Below are positions 21,693-31,367 of a stretch of 32,000 bases of DNA, piece by piece (positions within the stretch are counted from its first letter, which is position 1; each line of letters opens with the position of its first letter). Origin of the DNA: Moraxella nasovis (GTDB lineage Bacteria > Pseudomonadota > Gammaproteobacteria > Pseudomonadales > Moraxellaceae); the NCBI RefSeq assembly GCF_022701215.1, contig NZ_CP089976.1:1710001-1742000 (forward strand), written 5' to 3'. A model generated the notes under the pieces. It saw only the letters and a program-made list of their open reading frames with translations. It searched no databases and had not been told where the DNA came from. Made by a program: the position numbers and the translations under genes.

Positions 21693-21701
21693 TGGTATAA
21701 T
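21693..21701 (+). promoter_or_regulatory. Candidate extended -10 element (TGgTATAAT) upstream of proB
   Basis: TGGTATAAT lies about 30 nt upstream of ATG 21732. Confidence 0.45.
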
Positions 21702-21731
21702 TTTAATGAATGTCTCAACCTTTCTGATTTT

Positions 21732-22844
21732 ATGAATTCTTATCAAAAAATTGTCATTAAAATCGGTTCATCTTTGCTTACAAATAATGGACGTGGACTT
21801 GATCGCACCGCCATTTATGAATGGGCAGGACAAATCGCTTTACTTCACGCCCGTGGCATAGAAGTGATATTGGTATCTAGCGGTGCAGTTGCTGAAGGCG
21901 TTGTTCGCATGAACCTTTCTGAACGACCTAAGAAGCTTTCTGCCTTGCAGGCGTGTGCATCCATTGGTCAGATGGGTTTGATTGAAACATGGTGGCAAGC
22001 TTTAATCCAAAAAGGCGTGCAGTCGTCCCAGATTCTACTTACCCATGACGATCTTGCACATCGCTCTCGTTATCTAAACATCAGCCAAACATTAAATCAG
22101 CTAATAGAATGGCGTGTCGTCCCAGTGATTAATGAAAATGACACAGTCTCTTATGGTGAGATTAAGTTTGGCGATAACGATACGTTAGGAGCGATGAGTG
22201 CAGCCATGGTGGGTGCTGATTTATACGTTATTTTGACTGATCAAGATGGCGTTTTTACTGCCAATCCCAGCACAGATGCTCATGCACGCTTAATCAGCCA
22301 AGAGCGTGCCATGGCAGATTATCTGTTTGATGTGGCAGGCGATGGTGGTAAATGGGGAAGTGGCGGTATGCTGACGAAAATCAGAGCAGCACGATTAGCC
22401 GCCATGGGTAACTGCCCGACGGTAATTGCAAATGGTAAGGTGGAAAACGTCATTACCCGCTTGGCAGATGGTGAGGCAATCGGCACTTACCTTACTGTTG
22501 ATGATGCCGATAAACTCATTGCCAAAAAGCAGTGGCTTGCTTCTCATATTCGCATGAAAGGCACACTTGTGGTGGATGATGGAGCGAAAATTGCCATCAT
22601 ACAAAAGCATAAATCACTGCTGCCTGTTGGCGTGATAGATGTTCAAGGTGACTTTGATGCAGGTGATGTGGTTGAGATTATTGATGAGCATAAGACACGC
22701 ATTGCGGTAGGTCAAGTGGGATTTGACTCAGCCAATGCCAAAAAAATCACCCAAAAGAACACCGCCGAAGTAAAAGCTTTACTAAACATTACCGATAAAG
22801 ATACTGCCGTTATGGTACATCGTGACGAGATGGCAGTTTTATGA
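21732..22844 (+). CDS. proB: Glutamate 5-kinase (with C-terminal PUA domain)
   Basis: IVIKIGSSLLT, VSSGAVA, INENDTV and FGDNDTL motifs. The length of 370 aa is consistent with the kinase plus a PUA domain. Confidence 0.95.
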   Translation: MNSYQKIVIKIGSSLLTNNGRGLDRTAIYEWAGQIALLHARGIEVILVSSGAVAEGVVRMNLSERPKKLSALQACASIGQMGLIETWWQALIQKGVQSSQILLTHDDLAHRSRYLNISQTLNQLIEWRVVPVINENDTVSYGEIKFGDNDTLGAMSAAMVGADLYVILTDQDGVFTANPSTDAHARLISQERAMADYLFDVAGDGGKWGSGGMLTKIRAARLAAMGNCPTVIANGKVENVITRLADGEAIGTYLTVDDADKLIAKKQWLASHIRMKGTLVVDDGAKIAIIQKHKSLLPVGVIDVQGDFDAGDVVEIIDEHKTRIAVGQVGFDSANAKKITQKNTAEVKALLNITDKDTAVMVHRDEMAVL

Positions 22845-22944
22845 TTACTTTGTAATTATTGTGTGATTGTGTGTACCGTCTGATTGGCTTTCTAATTTAT
22901 TTATAGTTATAACTTTGATGATTAATTAATTACTAGGAAATTGT

Positions 22945-24015
22945 ATGAATGCTGCTGTTTTCCCAACCCTAAAAAATGACCGCCTACTGCGTGCTTTACG
23001 CTTTGAACCTGTGGATACGACGCCTGTGTGGATGATGCGTCAAGCGGGACGTTATTTGCCAGAATATAAGGCAACTCGTGCCGAAGCGGGTGATTTTCTA
23101 AGCCTGTGTAAAGATACCGACCGAGCAACAGAAGTGACACTTCAGCCGTTACGTCGCTTTGATTTAGATGCAGCGATTTTATTTAGCGATATTTTAACTG
23201 TGCCAGACGCATTGGGTTTGGGTCTATACTTTGAGACAGGCGAGGGTCCAAAATTCCAAAAAACCATTCGCACCGAAAGCGACATTGCTCGTCTGCCGAC
23301 GCTTAACATGGCAGATTTATCTTATGTGACAGATGCAGTAACGAGCATCCGCCACGCTTTAGCAGGGGCTGTGCCGTTATTTGGTTTTAGTGGCAGTCCA
23401 TGGACGCTTGCAACTTACATGATTGAGGGCGGCTCTAGTAAAGATTATCGCCATACCAAGCATATGATGTACGCCACTCCTGAACTGCTTCACGCCTTGC
23501 TTGCCAAAATTTGCGAAGCGGTTACTACATATCTAGATGCTCAGATTGTCGCTGGGGCGAACTTGGTACAGATTTTTGATAGCTGGGGTGGGGCACTTGG
23601 GCATCGCCAATTTGCCGAATTTAGCCATGCCTATAACCGTCAAATTGTCAAACAGCTCAAACAAAAGCACCCCAATGTGCCTGTGGTGCTATTTACAAAA
23701 GGTGGTGGATTATGGGTGGATACACAAGCTGACAGTCAAGCAGACGCCTTAGGTTTTGATTGGACGATGCCTTTGGATAAAGCACGTCTTGCACTTGGCA
23801 CATCAAAAGCAATCCAAGGAAATCTTGATCCTGCAACGTTGTATGGCGCGCCAACTGCCATCAAAAAAGCGGTTAATGATATGCTAAATGACGTCTATCA
23901 AGGCGGCATTCATTCAGGCTATGTGGCAAACTTTGGTCATGGAATTACTCAGTGGGCAAATCCTGATCACGCCAAAATCTTTGTTGATGCGGTGCATGAA
24001 TTTGTTATAGCATAA
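22945..24015 (+). CDS. hemE: Uroporphyrinogen decarboxylase
   Basis: [15 protein letters not shown] signature, ILFSDIL and NFGHGI near the C-terminus. Confidence 0.95.
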   Translation: MNAAVFPTLKNDRLLRALRFEPVDTTPVWMMRQAGRYLPEYKATRAEAGDFLSLCKDTDRATEVTLQPLRRFDLDAAILFSDILTVPDALGLGLYFETGEGPKFQKTIRTESDIARLPTLNMADLSYVTDAVTSIRHALAGAVPLFGFSGSPWTLATYMIEGGSSKDYRHTKHMMYATPELLHALLAKICEAVTTYLDAQIVAGANLVQIFDSWGGALGHRQFAEFSHAYNRQIVKQLKQKHPNVPVVLFTKGGGLWVDTQADSQADALGFDWTMPLDKARLALGTSKAIQGNLDPATLYGAPTAIKKAVNDMLNDVYQGGIHSGYVANFGHGITQWANPDHAKIFVDAVHEFVIA

Positions 24016-24139
24016 TTAGTTGATGTGATTTGCGTAAGTTTATGGCACAAGTATCATGCCATAGATTGAATTTGGATTTATAATACAGCCTAAAGTTGGT
24101 TTACATTTGTACTATTTTATTACTTTTGTTATAAATCCA

Positions 24140-24148
24140 TGCTATAAT
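24140..24148 (+). promoter_or_regulatory. Candidate extended -10 element (TGcTATAAT) upstream of fabI
   Basis: TGCTATAAT lies about 33 nt upstream of ATG 24181. SD AAGG is at 24171-24174. Confidence 0.45.
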
Positions 24149-24180
24149 CTGTCTTATTTTACCACCAATGAAGGTATGTT

Positions 24181-24987
24181 ATGCTATTAAAAGGTCAAAG
24201 ATTTGTCGTAACTGGCATTGCCAGTAAGCTATCTATCGCATGGGCAATCGCTGAATGCCTACACCGTGAAGGTGCTGAGTTAATCTTAACTTATCCAAAC
24301 GATAAAATTAAAAAGCGTGTGGATATGGCAGCAGAAGCATTTAATGCTGTCGCTGTGCTTGAATGTGATGTAGGTTCAGACGACTCTATTAACGATTGTT
24401 TTAAAGAAGTAGGTAAGCTTTGGGACGGTGTCGATGGTGTGGTACATGCCATCGGCTTTGCACCTGCTGATCAACTAGATGGTGATTTCACCAATGCCAC
24501 AACCAGAGAAGGCTCGGCGATTGCTCATGATATTTCCAGTTATAGCTTTGTTGCTTTGGCGAAGGCATCTCGCTCGTTATTGGCAGCTCGCCAAGGGTCG
24601 TTATTGACGCTTACCTATGAAGGCAGTATTTCTGTATTACCAAATTACAACGTTATGGGTATGGCAAAAGCAAGTCTTGAAGCAAGTGTGCGTTATTTAG
24701 CAAGCTCACTTGGTAAAGATGGCATTCGTGTAAACGCCATCTCAGCAGGTCCAATCCGTACGTTGGCAGCCAGTGGTATTAAGTCATTTCGCAGAATGCT
24801 AGATGTGAGCGAAAAAATCGCTCCGCTTGGCCGTAATGTTAGCCAGATGGAAGTGGGTAATGCCGCTTTGTTCTTATTATCGCCTTGGGCAAGTGGTGTT
24901 ACAGGCGAGATTATGTTTGTAGATGCAGGCTTTAATACGGTCGCCATCAGCGAACAAATCATGAGCATGGTTGATGATGAAGCGTAA
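24181..24987 (+). CDS. fabI: Enoyl-ACP reductase (NADH), FabI
   Basis: [16 protein letters not shown]-terminus, Y-x6-K ([13 protein letters not shown]) and [13 protein letters not shown]. Confidence 0.95.
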   Translation: MLLKGQRFVVTGIASKLSIAWAIAECLHREGAELILTYPNDKIKKRVDMAAEAFNAVAVLECDVGSDDSINDCFKEVGKLWDGVDGVVHAIGFAPADQLDGDFTNATTREGSAIAHDISSYSFVALAKASRSLLAARQGSLLTLTYEGSISVLPNYNVMGMAKASLEASVRYLASSLGKDGIRVNAISAGPIRTLAASGIKSFRRMLDVSEKIAPLGRNVSQMEVGNAALFLLSPWASGVTGEIMFVDAGFNTVAISEQIMSMVDDEA

Positions 24988-25011
24988 CTGTATCTGATGA
25001 CTTGATGGTAA

Positions 25012-25048
25012 ATAAAAGCATAAAGTGTACTTTGTGCTTTTATTTTTT
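25012..25048 (+). terminator. Rho-independent terminator of fabI
   Basis: Long stem ATAAAAGCATAAAGT/ACTTTGTGCTTTTAT (one G.U pair) followed by T6. Confidence 0.75.
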
Positions 25049-25105
25049 GCCAAAAATGATTAAAATCGTGCTTTGCTATATCAAATTGATGTTGAGTGCC
25101 ATGCC

Positions 25106-25816
25106 ATGCCAAAAGAACGTATTCCGCTGTGGGTAATGTGTGGGGCAGTTGTGCTTGCATTTTGTGCGGGGATGTTAAACGTCATAGCCCTAATGGGATT
25201 TACAAATGTGTCAGCATCGCACGTGACAGGTAATGTTAGCTTGCTGGTCACTTCGCTAATGTCTGGCGATTGGATAAATGTGCGGTTATTTTTGATTTCT
25301 ATCGCTGCATTTTGGTCGGGATCGGTGTTAAGCGGTATGATTATTGGTTCAAGCGAGCTAAATATTAACCGAAATTATGGCTATGCGATGTATCTAGAAG
25401 CGTTCTTACTTATTGCAAGCTTGCTCCTGTACCTAACCGACAGCTTTTTTGGTCAAATGATGATTGCGATGGCATGCGGACTGCAAAACTCTATGGTAAC
25501 CACATACAGTGGTACGGTGGTGCGTACCACCCACCTAACGGGAACGACATCAGACCTTGGAGCAGCAGTTGGGCGGTGGCTTATGGGCGGTCAAGTAAGC
25601 CTGCCAAAAATCGTCTTGCAAAGTGCGTTATGGTGGGGATTTTTTGGCGGTGGCTTTGTGGCAGTGGTACTGTATGCTCGGTTTGGCTTTTTATCAATGG
25701 TGCTACCCATCACGGTGATTTTATTTGCAGCGATGACTTATCAGCAGCTCGGCAGATGTTTTATGCATTATAAGACACTACTAAAGCATAAATTAGCCCA
25801 AAAAAATAACCCCTAA
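25106..25816 (+). CDS. DUF1275 (YoaK-like) family inner-membrane protein
   Basis: A polytopic hydrophobic protein with GMLNVIALMGF...SHVTGN and a second ...VRTTHLTGT.. repeat, as in the DUF1275 family. ATG 25106 is preferred over TTG 25073. Confidence 0.65.
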   Translation: MPKERIPLWVMCGAVVLAFCAGMLNVIALMGFTNVSASHVTGNVSLLVTSLMSGDWINVRLFLISIAAFWSGSVLSGMIIGSSELNINRNYGYAMYLEAFLLIASLLLYLTDSFFGQMMIAMACGLQNSMVTTYSGTVVRTTHLTGTTSDLGAAVGRWLMGGQVSLPKIVLQSALWWGFFGGGFVAVVLYARFGFLSMVLPITVILFAAMTYQQLGRCFMHYKTLLKHKLAQKNNP

Positions 25817-25837
25817 CTGGGGCTATTTTCTTTTGGC

Positions 25838-26368
25838 TTATTTTTGTGTCCAGCGTACTTGGCTTTCTTTGATTACTTTTTTAGCTTCTTTGGCGTCAAA
25901 AAAACCTTCCACTTTGGTTGTGCCTGCCTTTTTTAGGTCTTTGTAGTGGCTAAAGTGAAATTCAAGCTGTTTAATTAGCTGCTTTGGTAGATCTTCTAAT
26001 GTGTTGTATGCATTGCCATTATTACGATCATCTGCTGGTACAACGATGATTTTATCATCTACTTCGCCATCATCAACGAATTTCATCACGCCAATAACTT
26101 TAGCTTTTAGGAAAATGCCCGTTGTGAGTGGCTGTTCGGTGATGATTAAAGCGTCTAATTCATCGCCATCTTCATCTAAAGTCTGCGGAATAAAGCCGTA
26201 ATTGCAGGGTTTGGCAAAGGCGATGGGTTCAACACGATCAAGCTCAAAGCAAGCTAATTTACGATTCCATTCAATTTTATGGTTTGAACCTGTAGGAATC
26301 TCAACCACAACGTTAATTTCACCGCCATCAACGTCGCCTGCGTCTAATACTTTGTTAAAATCTACCAT
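25838..26368 (-). CDS. ppa: Inorganic pyrophosphatase (family I)
   Basis: NVVVEIP.GS..K.E, DGDELDALI and DDKIIVVPADD motifs. 176 aa. Confidence 0.95.
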   Translation of the reverse strand: MVDFNKVLDAGDVDGGEINVVVEIPTGSNHKIEWNRKLACFELDRVEPIAFAKPCNYGFIPQTLDEDGDELDALIITEQPLTTGIFLKAKVIGVMKFVDDGEVDDKIIVVPADDRNNGNAYNTLEDLPKQLIKQLEFHFSHYKDLKKAGTTKVEGFFDAKEAKKVIKESQVRWTQK

Positions 26369-26416
26369 TTTTTACTCCAAATTAAGTAACATTGTTAAAG
26401 TTGTACCATTGTAATA

Positions 26417-27157
26417 TTAAATCGCTCTAAGTGCAATCTGTCCATCATGGCGTTTTTGGATATTGCCGATGAATTTTTGTATAAATTCATGGGTTTTGCT
26501 GCTGTCAAATTGACCGAAATTTTCAAGCTTAACCATCTTCATGCCTGCATAACCACACGGATTAATGGCATTAAAGGCACTAAGATCATTGGTTAGGTTA
26601 ATTGCCACGCCATGATAACTCATGCCTTGCTTAATCTTAAAGCCAAGACTTGCAATCTTGCCAAGCATATCGCCTAAAGTGTTGTAGATGTATACGCCCG
26701 GTGCATCACGGCGAGCCTTTGCCGTTAGGTCTGTGGGCAGGTATTCATTCACCACGTCTTCGATGGCTTGTTCAGCATGACTAACCAAATCACGCACGCC
26801 GATTCCTAGATTATGTAAATCAAACAGCCAGTACACCACAGCCTGACCTGTGCCATGCCATGTGACTTGCCCGCCACGATCAGTCTGAATAATAGGCGTG
26901 CCTGTGTCGTATAAAATGTGATCTTTTTTACCTGCTTGCCCAAGCGTATAGACGTCTTGGTGTTCAACCAGCCATAACTCATCGGCATGGTCTTTACCAT
27001 TTTTCTTATCATTAATACGAGCCAGAGTGCGAGCAAGCATAGCATTATGCGTGGCGTTATATTCAGCATTAGGGTGAATGCTAATGGCAAGCCTATCTTG
27101 ATTGATGGTACTTAGATTAAGGTTTGTTAAATTTAAAGAAGTCGTGGAAAGTGTCAT
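26417..27157 (-). CDS. lipB: Lipoyl(octanoyl) transferase LipB
   Basis: DRGGQVTWHGTGQAVVY motif and the catalytic-Cys context INPCGY, preceded by KI(A)SLGFK. Confidence 0.93.
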   Translation of the reverse strand: MTLSTTSLNLTNLNLSTINQDRLAISIHPNAEYNATHNAMLARTLARINDKKNGKDHADELWLVEHQDVYTLGQAGKKDHILYDTGTPIIQTDRGGQVTWHGTGQAVVYWLFDLHNLGIGVRDLVSHAEQAIEDVVNEYLPTDLTAKARRDAPGVYIYNTLGDMLGKIASLGFKIKQGMSYHGVAINLTNDLSAFNAINPCGYAGMKMVKLENFGQFDSSKTHEFIQKFIGNIQKRHDGQIALRAI

Positions 27158-27303
27158 AACGGTTTTTTGATGAAATTTAGGTTATTTTACGCTAAATTAG
27201 ACGCTTTTGTCGTTTTTTTTGTATAAAAAATTTCCAAAAATAATCATTTTTCCCCTACAATATTAATAAAATTAATAAAGCAAGCTAGATAATTGAGAGT
27301 TTT

Positions 27304-28017
27304 ATGACAATGACTAATCAAATCATCACCATTGATGGACCAAGTGGCGCAGGCAAAGGCACGGTGGCATATCGCTTGGCAGAGCATTTTGGCTTTGAAT
27401 TATTAGACAGTGGGGCATTATATCGTATCATTGGTTTGTTGGCATTTCAACAAGGTTTGCTTGGTGATGAGATTGATGAAGATGAGTTGGAGCGATTGAT
27501 ATATTCTATTAATCTGTCGTTTCGCCCTAATACTGCCCAACGCACGGTGCAGATTTTGATTGATGATAAGCCTTTGACAGACGACATTCGCACCGAGACG
27601 GTGGGTGCTTATGCGTCAAAAGTGGCAGTCTTTCCCAAAGTGAGAAATGCGTTGCTTGATTTACAAAGAAATATCGCAAGCAATAAAACAGGTTTGGTGG
27701 CGGACGGACGAGACATGGGGACGGTGATTTTTCCTGATGCTTGTGCCAAGATATTTTTAACAGCAAGTGCCAAGGCACGAGCGGACAGGCGATTTTTGCA
27801 GTTACAGCAGGCAGGCAAAACTGCCGATTATGATGATATCTTAGCCAAGATTGTCGCCCGAGATGAGCGAGATGAAAATAGGACGGTTGCTCCCAGTCGT
27901 CCTGCACCTGATGCTTTGGTGATTGACAGCTCCGATAAATCAGTGGACGTGGTATTTGATGAGATTTTGGCATTTGTTGATGGTCAATTAAATTCCATGA
28001 CGACTAACATCAATTAA
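27304..28017 (+). CDS. cmk: (d)CMP kinase
   Basis: ITIDGPSGAGKGT P-loop, LDSGALYR and DGRDMGTVIFPDA. Confidence 0.95.
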   Translation: MTMTNQIITIDGPSGAGKGTVAYRLAEHFGFELLDSGALYRIIGLLAFQQGLLGDEIDEDELERLIYSINLSFRPNTAQRTVQILIDDKPLTDDIRTETVGAYASKVAVFPKVRNALLDLQRNIASNKTGLVADGRDMGTVIFPDACAKIFLTASAKARADRRFLQLQQAGKTADYDDILAKIVARDERDENRTVAPSRPAPDALVIDSSDKSVDVVFDEILAFVDGQLNSMTTNIN

Positions 28018-28071
28018 GCAATTTGTAATTAAGCAATTTGTAATTAAGCAATTTGTAATTAAGCAATTTGT
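28012..28071. repeat. Perfect tandem repeat, 4 copies of the 15-bp unit AATTAAGCAATTTGT
   Basis: Direct reading gives copies at 28012-28026, 28027-28041, 28042-28056 and 28057-28071. The first copy contains the cmk TAA stop (28015-28017). Confidence 0.95.
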
Positions 28072-28098
28072 GATATATGGCTAAATGAAGATAAAATC

Positions 28099-28572
28099 GT
28101 GATAACGCCTACTTCTATTAAGTTAGCTCCCATCAATCTGGCTGATGTCGATGAGCTTGCTTATTCGCTCGGCGATGAGTAAGCCCAATTTACGAGCCTA
28201 CCACATGAGTGGCTTGATGAGAACAATCCTGACACCTTTAAAATTGCTATCTGTTATCATAAAGTGGTGGGGTTTTTTGTGCTTGATTTTGGGCAAGATA
28301 AATTTTGCTATACCGACAATCCCAATGCTCTATTGCTCCGCTCCATGTCGGTCAATCCCATCTATCAAGGCTATGCCAAACAGGCTTTGGATAAAGCCTT
28401 ATTAACGGCATTTTGTAAAGCGTATGTCCCTAAGTGCGATGAAATTGTACTTGGGGTAAATCATGCCAATGTAACAGCCCAAAAGGTATACGAAAAAGTG
28501 GGCTTTAAAAAATGTCAGCGGACGTATTTGGGGCAGGCAGGCGTGCAGTTTGTGTATTCATTGGCTTTATAA
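28099..28572 (+). pseudogene. GNAT-family N-acetyltransferase frame interrupted by an in-frame TAA (28180-28182)
   Basis: The frame from GTG 28099 reads VITPTSIKLAPINLADVDELAYSLGDE, then a stop, then AQFTSLPHEWLDENNPDTFKIAICYHKVVGFFVLDF...LRSMSVNPIYQGYAKQALDKAL...VLGVNHANVTAQKVYEKVGFK. The pieces on either side of the stop lie in the same frame and together look like one complete GNAT fold of about 157 aa. The track ORF 28264-28572 covers only the C-terminal part. Confidence 0.65.
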
Positions 28573-28664
28573 TTGTAGGCGAATGGCTGTCGGCGATTAA
28601 CCGATGAATTTATGGTAAAATTGTGAATTAAATTGTAAAAACTTAAGTCATCTTGCAGATTTTA

Positions 28665-28673
28665 TGGTATAAT
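28665..28673 (+). promoter_or_regulatory. Candidate extended -10 element (TGgTATAAT) upstream of rpsA
   Basis: TGGTATAAT lies about 110 nt upstream of ATG 28784, which would give a long rpsA leader. Confidence 0.45.
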
Positions 28674-28783
28674 TATAAGAATTTTTGTGGCTTGTCAAGC
28701 CAAAACTAGCACTTTCTTGACAATGCCATTTCACTTGAACCGTACTGGCTAGACAGGCTACGGCTAATTTTAAGGTAAACACA

Positions 28784-30454
28784 ATGGTATCATTTGCTGA
28801 ATTGTTTGAGCAAAGCAATGCAAACGAAGTAAAAGTTGAAATTGGTGCAGTGATTTCTGGTACAGTTGTCGCGATTGACGGCGATTGGATTACAGTTGAT
28901 ACTGGACTAAAATCAGAAGGCATCATCGCTCGTAGCGAATTTCTAAACGAAAACGGTGAGCTTGAAGTTGCTGTTGGCGACAGTGTTGACGTGGTTGTTG
29001 AGAAAGTTGACAATGGTATGGGTCAAACTGTGCTTTCACGTGAGAAAGCCAAGCGTGAAGAAAGCTGGCGTGTGCTTGAACAAATTCATGAAAATGACGA
29101 GATTGTTAAAGGTCTTATCTCTTCTAAAGTCAAAGGCGGCTTCACTGTTGAAATCGGTTCTGTGCGTGCGTTCTTGCCAGGTTCATTGGTAGATGTACGT
29201 CCTGTGCGTGAAACCACTCACCTTGAAGGCAAAGAGCTAGAATTTAAAGTCATTAAAATTGACAAAGTTCGCAATAACATCGTGGTATCTCGCCGTGCTG
29301 TTATGGAAGCTGAGAACTCAGCTGAGCGTGATGAACTACTAGCTAAGCTAGAAGAAGGTATGGAAGTTAATGGTATCGTTAAGAACCTAACTGAGTATGG
29401 TGCATTCGTTGACCTAGGTGGTATTGATGGCTTGCTACACATCACCGACATGGCTTGGAAACGTATCAAACACCCATCAGAAGCGGTGGAAGTGGGTCAA
29501 GACCTTAAAGTTAAAGTATTGAAGTTTGACCGTGAACGCAACCGTGTAAGCCTAGGTCTAAAACAGCTTGGTTCTGATCCTTGGGGTGAAGTTGAGCAAA
29601 ACTATCCAGTAGGTACGATTACCAAAGCTCGTGTGACTAACCTAACTGATTACGGCTGTTTTGCTGAAATCGCTGAAGGCATCGAGGGTCTAGTACACGT
29701 TTCAGAAATGGATCACACCAACAAGAATATCCACCCATCAAAAGTTGTACAGGTGGGCGATGAAGTTGATGTGATGGTTCTAGAAATTGATGGTGAGCGT
29801 CGCCGTATCAGCCTAGGCATCAAGCAAACCATGCCAAATCCATGGGAAGAGTTTGACAAAAACCATGCCAAAGGCGATAAAATCTCTGGTACTATTAAAT
29901 CGATCACCGACTTTGGTCTATTCATTGGTCTAGAAGGTGGTATTGACGGTCTAGTACACTTGTCTGACATCTCTTGGAATGAGTCTGGTGAAGAAGCTAT
30001 CCGTAACTACTCTAAAGGCGATACCGTAGAAGCTGTCGTACTACAAGTAGATGCAGAAGCCAACCGCATTAGCCTAGGTATCAAGCAGCTAAACTCTGAC
30101 CCATTTAACGAATACCTACTGTCTAATGATCGTGGTGCTATCGTAAAAGGTACGGTGAAAGAAGTTGATGCCAAAGGTGCTGTAATCACTCTAGCTGACG
30201 AAGTTGAAGGCTACCTATCAGTTGCTGACATTGCTCGTGAGCGTACTGAAGATGCGTCAAAAGTGCTAAACGTTGGTGACGAAGTTGAAGCTAAGATTGT
30301 GCGTGTGGATCGCAAATCTCGTAATGTTGCTTTGTCTATCAAAGCAAAAGACGAAGCAGATGAGCGTCAAGCAATTAAAGAGCTGTCAAACGCTGCTGTA
30401 GAAAATCAACCTAAAACACTAGGCGATATTTTTGCAGACCAACTTAAAGGTTAA
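28784..30454 (+). CDS. rpsA: 30S ribosomal protein S1
   Basis: 556 aa with six S1 domains. It contains FAELFE..., [34 protein letters not shown] and repeated ISLG(I/L)KQ motifs. Confidence 0.97.
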   Translation: MVSFAELFEQSNANEVKVEIGAVISGTVVAIDGDWITVDTGLKSEGIIARSEFLNENGELEVAVGDSVDVVVEKVDNGMGQTVLSREKAKREESWRVLEQIHENDEIVKGLISSKVKGGFTVEIGSVRAFLPGSLVDVRPVRETTHLEGKELEFKVIKIDKVRNNIVVSRRAVMEAENSAERDELLAKLEEGMEVNGIVKNLTEYGAFVDLGGIDGLLHITDMAWKRIKHPSEAVEVGQDLKVKVLKFDRERNRVSLGLKQLGSDPWGEVEQNYPVGTITKARVTNLTDYGCFAEIAEGIEGLVHVSEMDHTNKNIHPSKVVQVGDEVDVMVLEIDGERRRISLGIKQTMPNPWEEFDKNHAKGDKISGTIKSITDFGLFIGLEGGIDGLVHLSDISWNESGEEAIRNYSKGDTVEAVVLQVDAEANRISLGIKQLNSDPFNEYLLSNDRGAIVKGTVKEVDAKGAVITLADEVEGYLSVADIARERTEDASKVLNVGDEVEAKIVRVDRKSRNVALSIKAKDEADERQAIKELSNAAVENQPKTLGDIFADQLKG

Positions 30455-30471
30455 TCATCTTTAGGTCATTT

Positions 30472-30501
30472 AAAGAGTGGTGATCTTCACCACTCTTTTT
30501 T
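30472..30501 (+). terminator. Rho-independent terminator of rpsA
   Basis: Stem AAAGAGTGGTGA/TCACCACTCTTT with a short loop, then a T-run. Confidence 0.85.
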
Positions 30502-30671
30502 ATTGTAAAAATGTTAATGGGATTTTGATTGCAAAAAACCAACAAAAATAATTCACTTTTGTATCAAATTGGGCTATCATACGGATAGAAAGAAGACCTT
30601 ATCAATGAGTGCGTTTGTCGCACTTTTATAAATAAAATCAAGTGTTTTTTTATTGTTCTTGGATAAATGTC

Positions 30672-30974
30672 ATGCAACAAGCTATAAACAGGTCAGATTT
30701 GATAGCTGATCTGGCGTCCGTCTGTGATAATCTAGAAGAAAGCATTGTAGATGAAGCAGTTCGAGAGATGTTCGGAATTATGGTAGATTGCCTATCTAAA
30801 GATGGGCGAATTGAGATTCGAGGATTTGGCAGTTTTTGCTTGCACCATCGAGAAGCCAGACAAGCACGCAATCCTAAAACAGGGCAAGTAGTAGCAGTAC
30901 AAGCGAAATCTGTGCCACACTTTAAGCCTGGAAAGGCACTGCGTGAATCGGTCAACTTAATAAATGATGAATAA
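30672..30974 (+). CDS. ihfB: Integration host factor subunit beta
   Basis: RIEIRGFGSF, RNPKTG and VPHFKPGK motifs. ATG 30672 (MQQAINRSDLI...) is preferred over the track's GTG 30642. Confidence 0.93.
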   Translation: MQQAINRSDLIADLASVCDNLEESIVDEAVREMFGIMVDCLSKDGRIEIRGFGSFCLHHREARQARNPKTGQVVAVQAKSVPHFKPGKALRESVNLINDE

Positions 30975-30989
30975 AAAGGTAGTCAAGTT

Positions 30990-31367
30990 ATGCATATTGT
31001 ATTAATAATTTTATTGACAGTGGTTTTTGCTTATTCTATCGCTCTTGTGCTTATCAATAATAGCGAAGTGGCAGTTAATTTAATGTTCTCAAATGTGCCT
31101 TCAATGAATTTGGGATTGCTTTTGGTGATCACCATCTTTTTGGGTGTATTAATCGGTATTTTACTGGCACTATTGCTCTTTAAAGTACCTCAAAACAAGT
31201 GGGAAATTAGCCGCCTAAGAAAAGAACTTCAAACAACCCAAACCCAGCTTTCTGAAGCTAATGCAACGATTGCTCGTCAAAATACACTGCTTGAAGCTGC
31301 ACCACCTGTCATCTCTGGCGTTGCTGATGTTCATAATACGACCACAACACCTCGAGATGTTTTATGA
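30990..31367 (+). CDS. lapA: LapA-like (DUF1049/YciS) inner-membrane protein
   Basis: It has two TM helices followed by a coiled-coil-like tail ([25 protein letters not shown]). The ihfB-lapA-pyrF context matches yciS-type genes. Confidence 0.6.
   Translation: MHIVLIILLTVVFAYSIALVLINNSEVAVNLMFSNVPSMNLGLLLVITIFLGVLIGILLALLLFKVPQNKWEISRLRKELQTTQTQLSEANATIARQNTLLEAAPPVISGVADVHNTTTTPRDVL

Noticed and set aside
21316-21731. Short hydrophobic minus-strand mini-ORFs (about 25-28 codons, for example MGESKNYTCQLLLMFIIYRAIFISSCFW) considered as type I toxin candidates.
   Set aside because: They have no convincing Shine-Dalgarno sequence and no paired antisense promoter or terminator. AT-rich sequence yields such ORFs by chance.
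24693-25160. A 155-aa minus-strand ORF overlapping the 3' end of fabI and the fabI terminator.
   Set aside because: It is antisense to a confidently identified gene, has no recognisable motifs, and spans a rho-independent terminator. It looks like a typical shadow ORF.
27527-27973. 148-aa and 69-aa minus-strand ORFs inside cmk, and 28648-29013 (121 aa) antisense to the rpsA 5' end.
   Set aside because: They overlap well-supported housekeeping genes, and their Ser/Thr/Pro-rich translations lack domains.
28012-28071. Possibility that the 15-bp repeat array is a mini-CRISPR.
   Set aside because: The units are directly adjacent with no spacers, are only 15 bp long, and no cas genes are present. 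It is a simple tandem repeat.
28145-28405. An 86-aa plus-strand ORF in a different frame across the GNAT region.
   Set aside because: Its translation has no family resemblance. The 28099 frame gives a contiguous GNAT-like sequence on both sides of a single stop.
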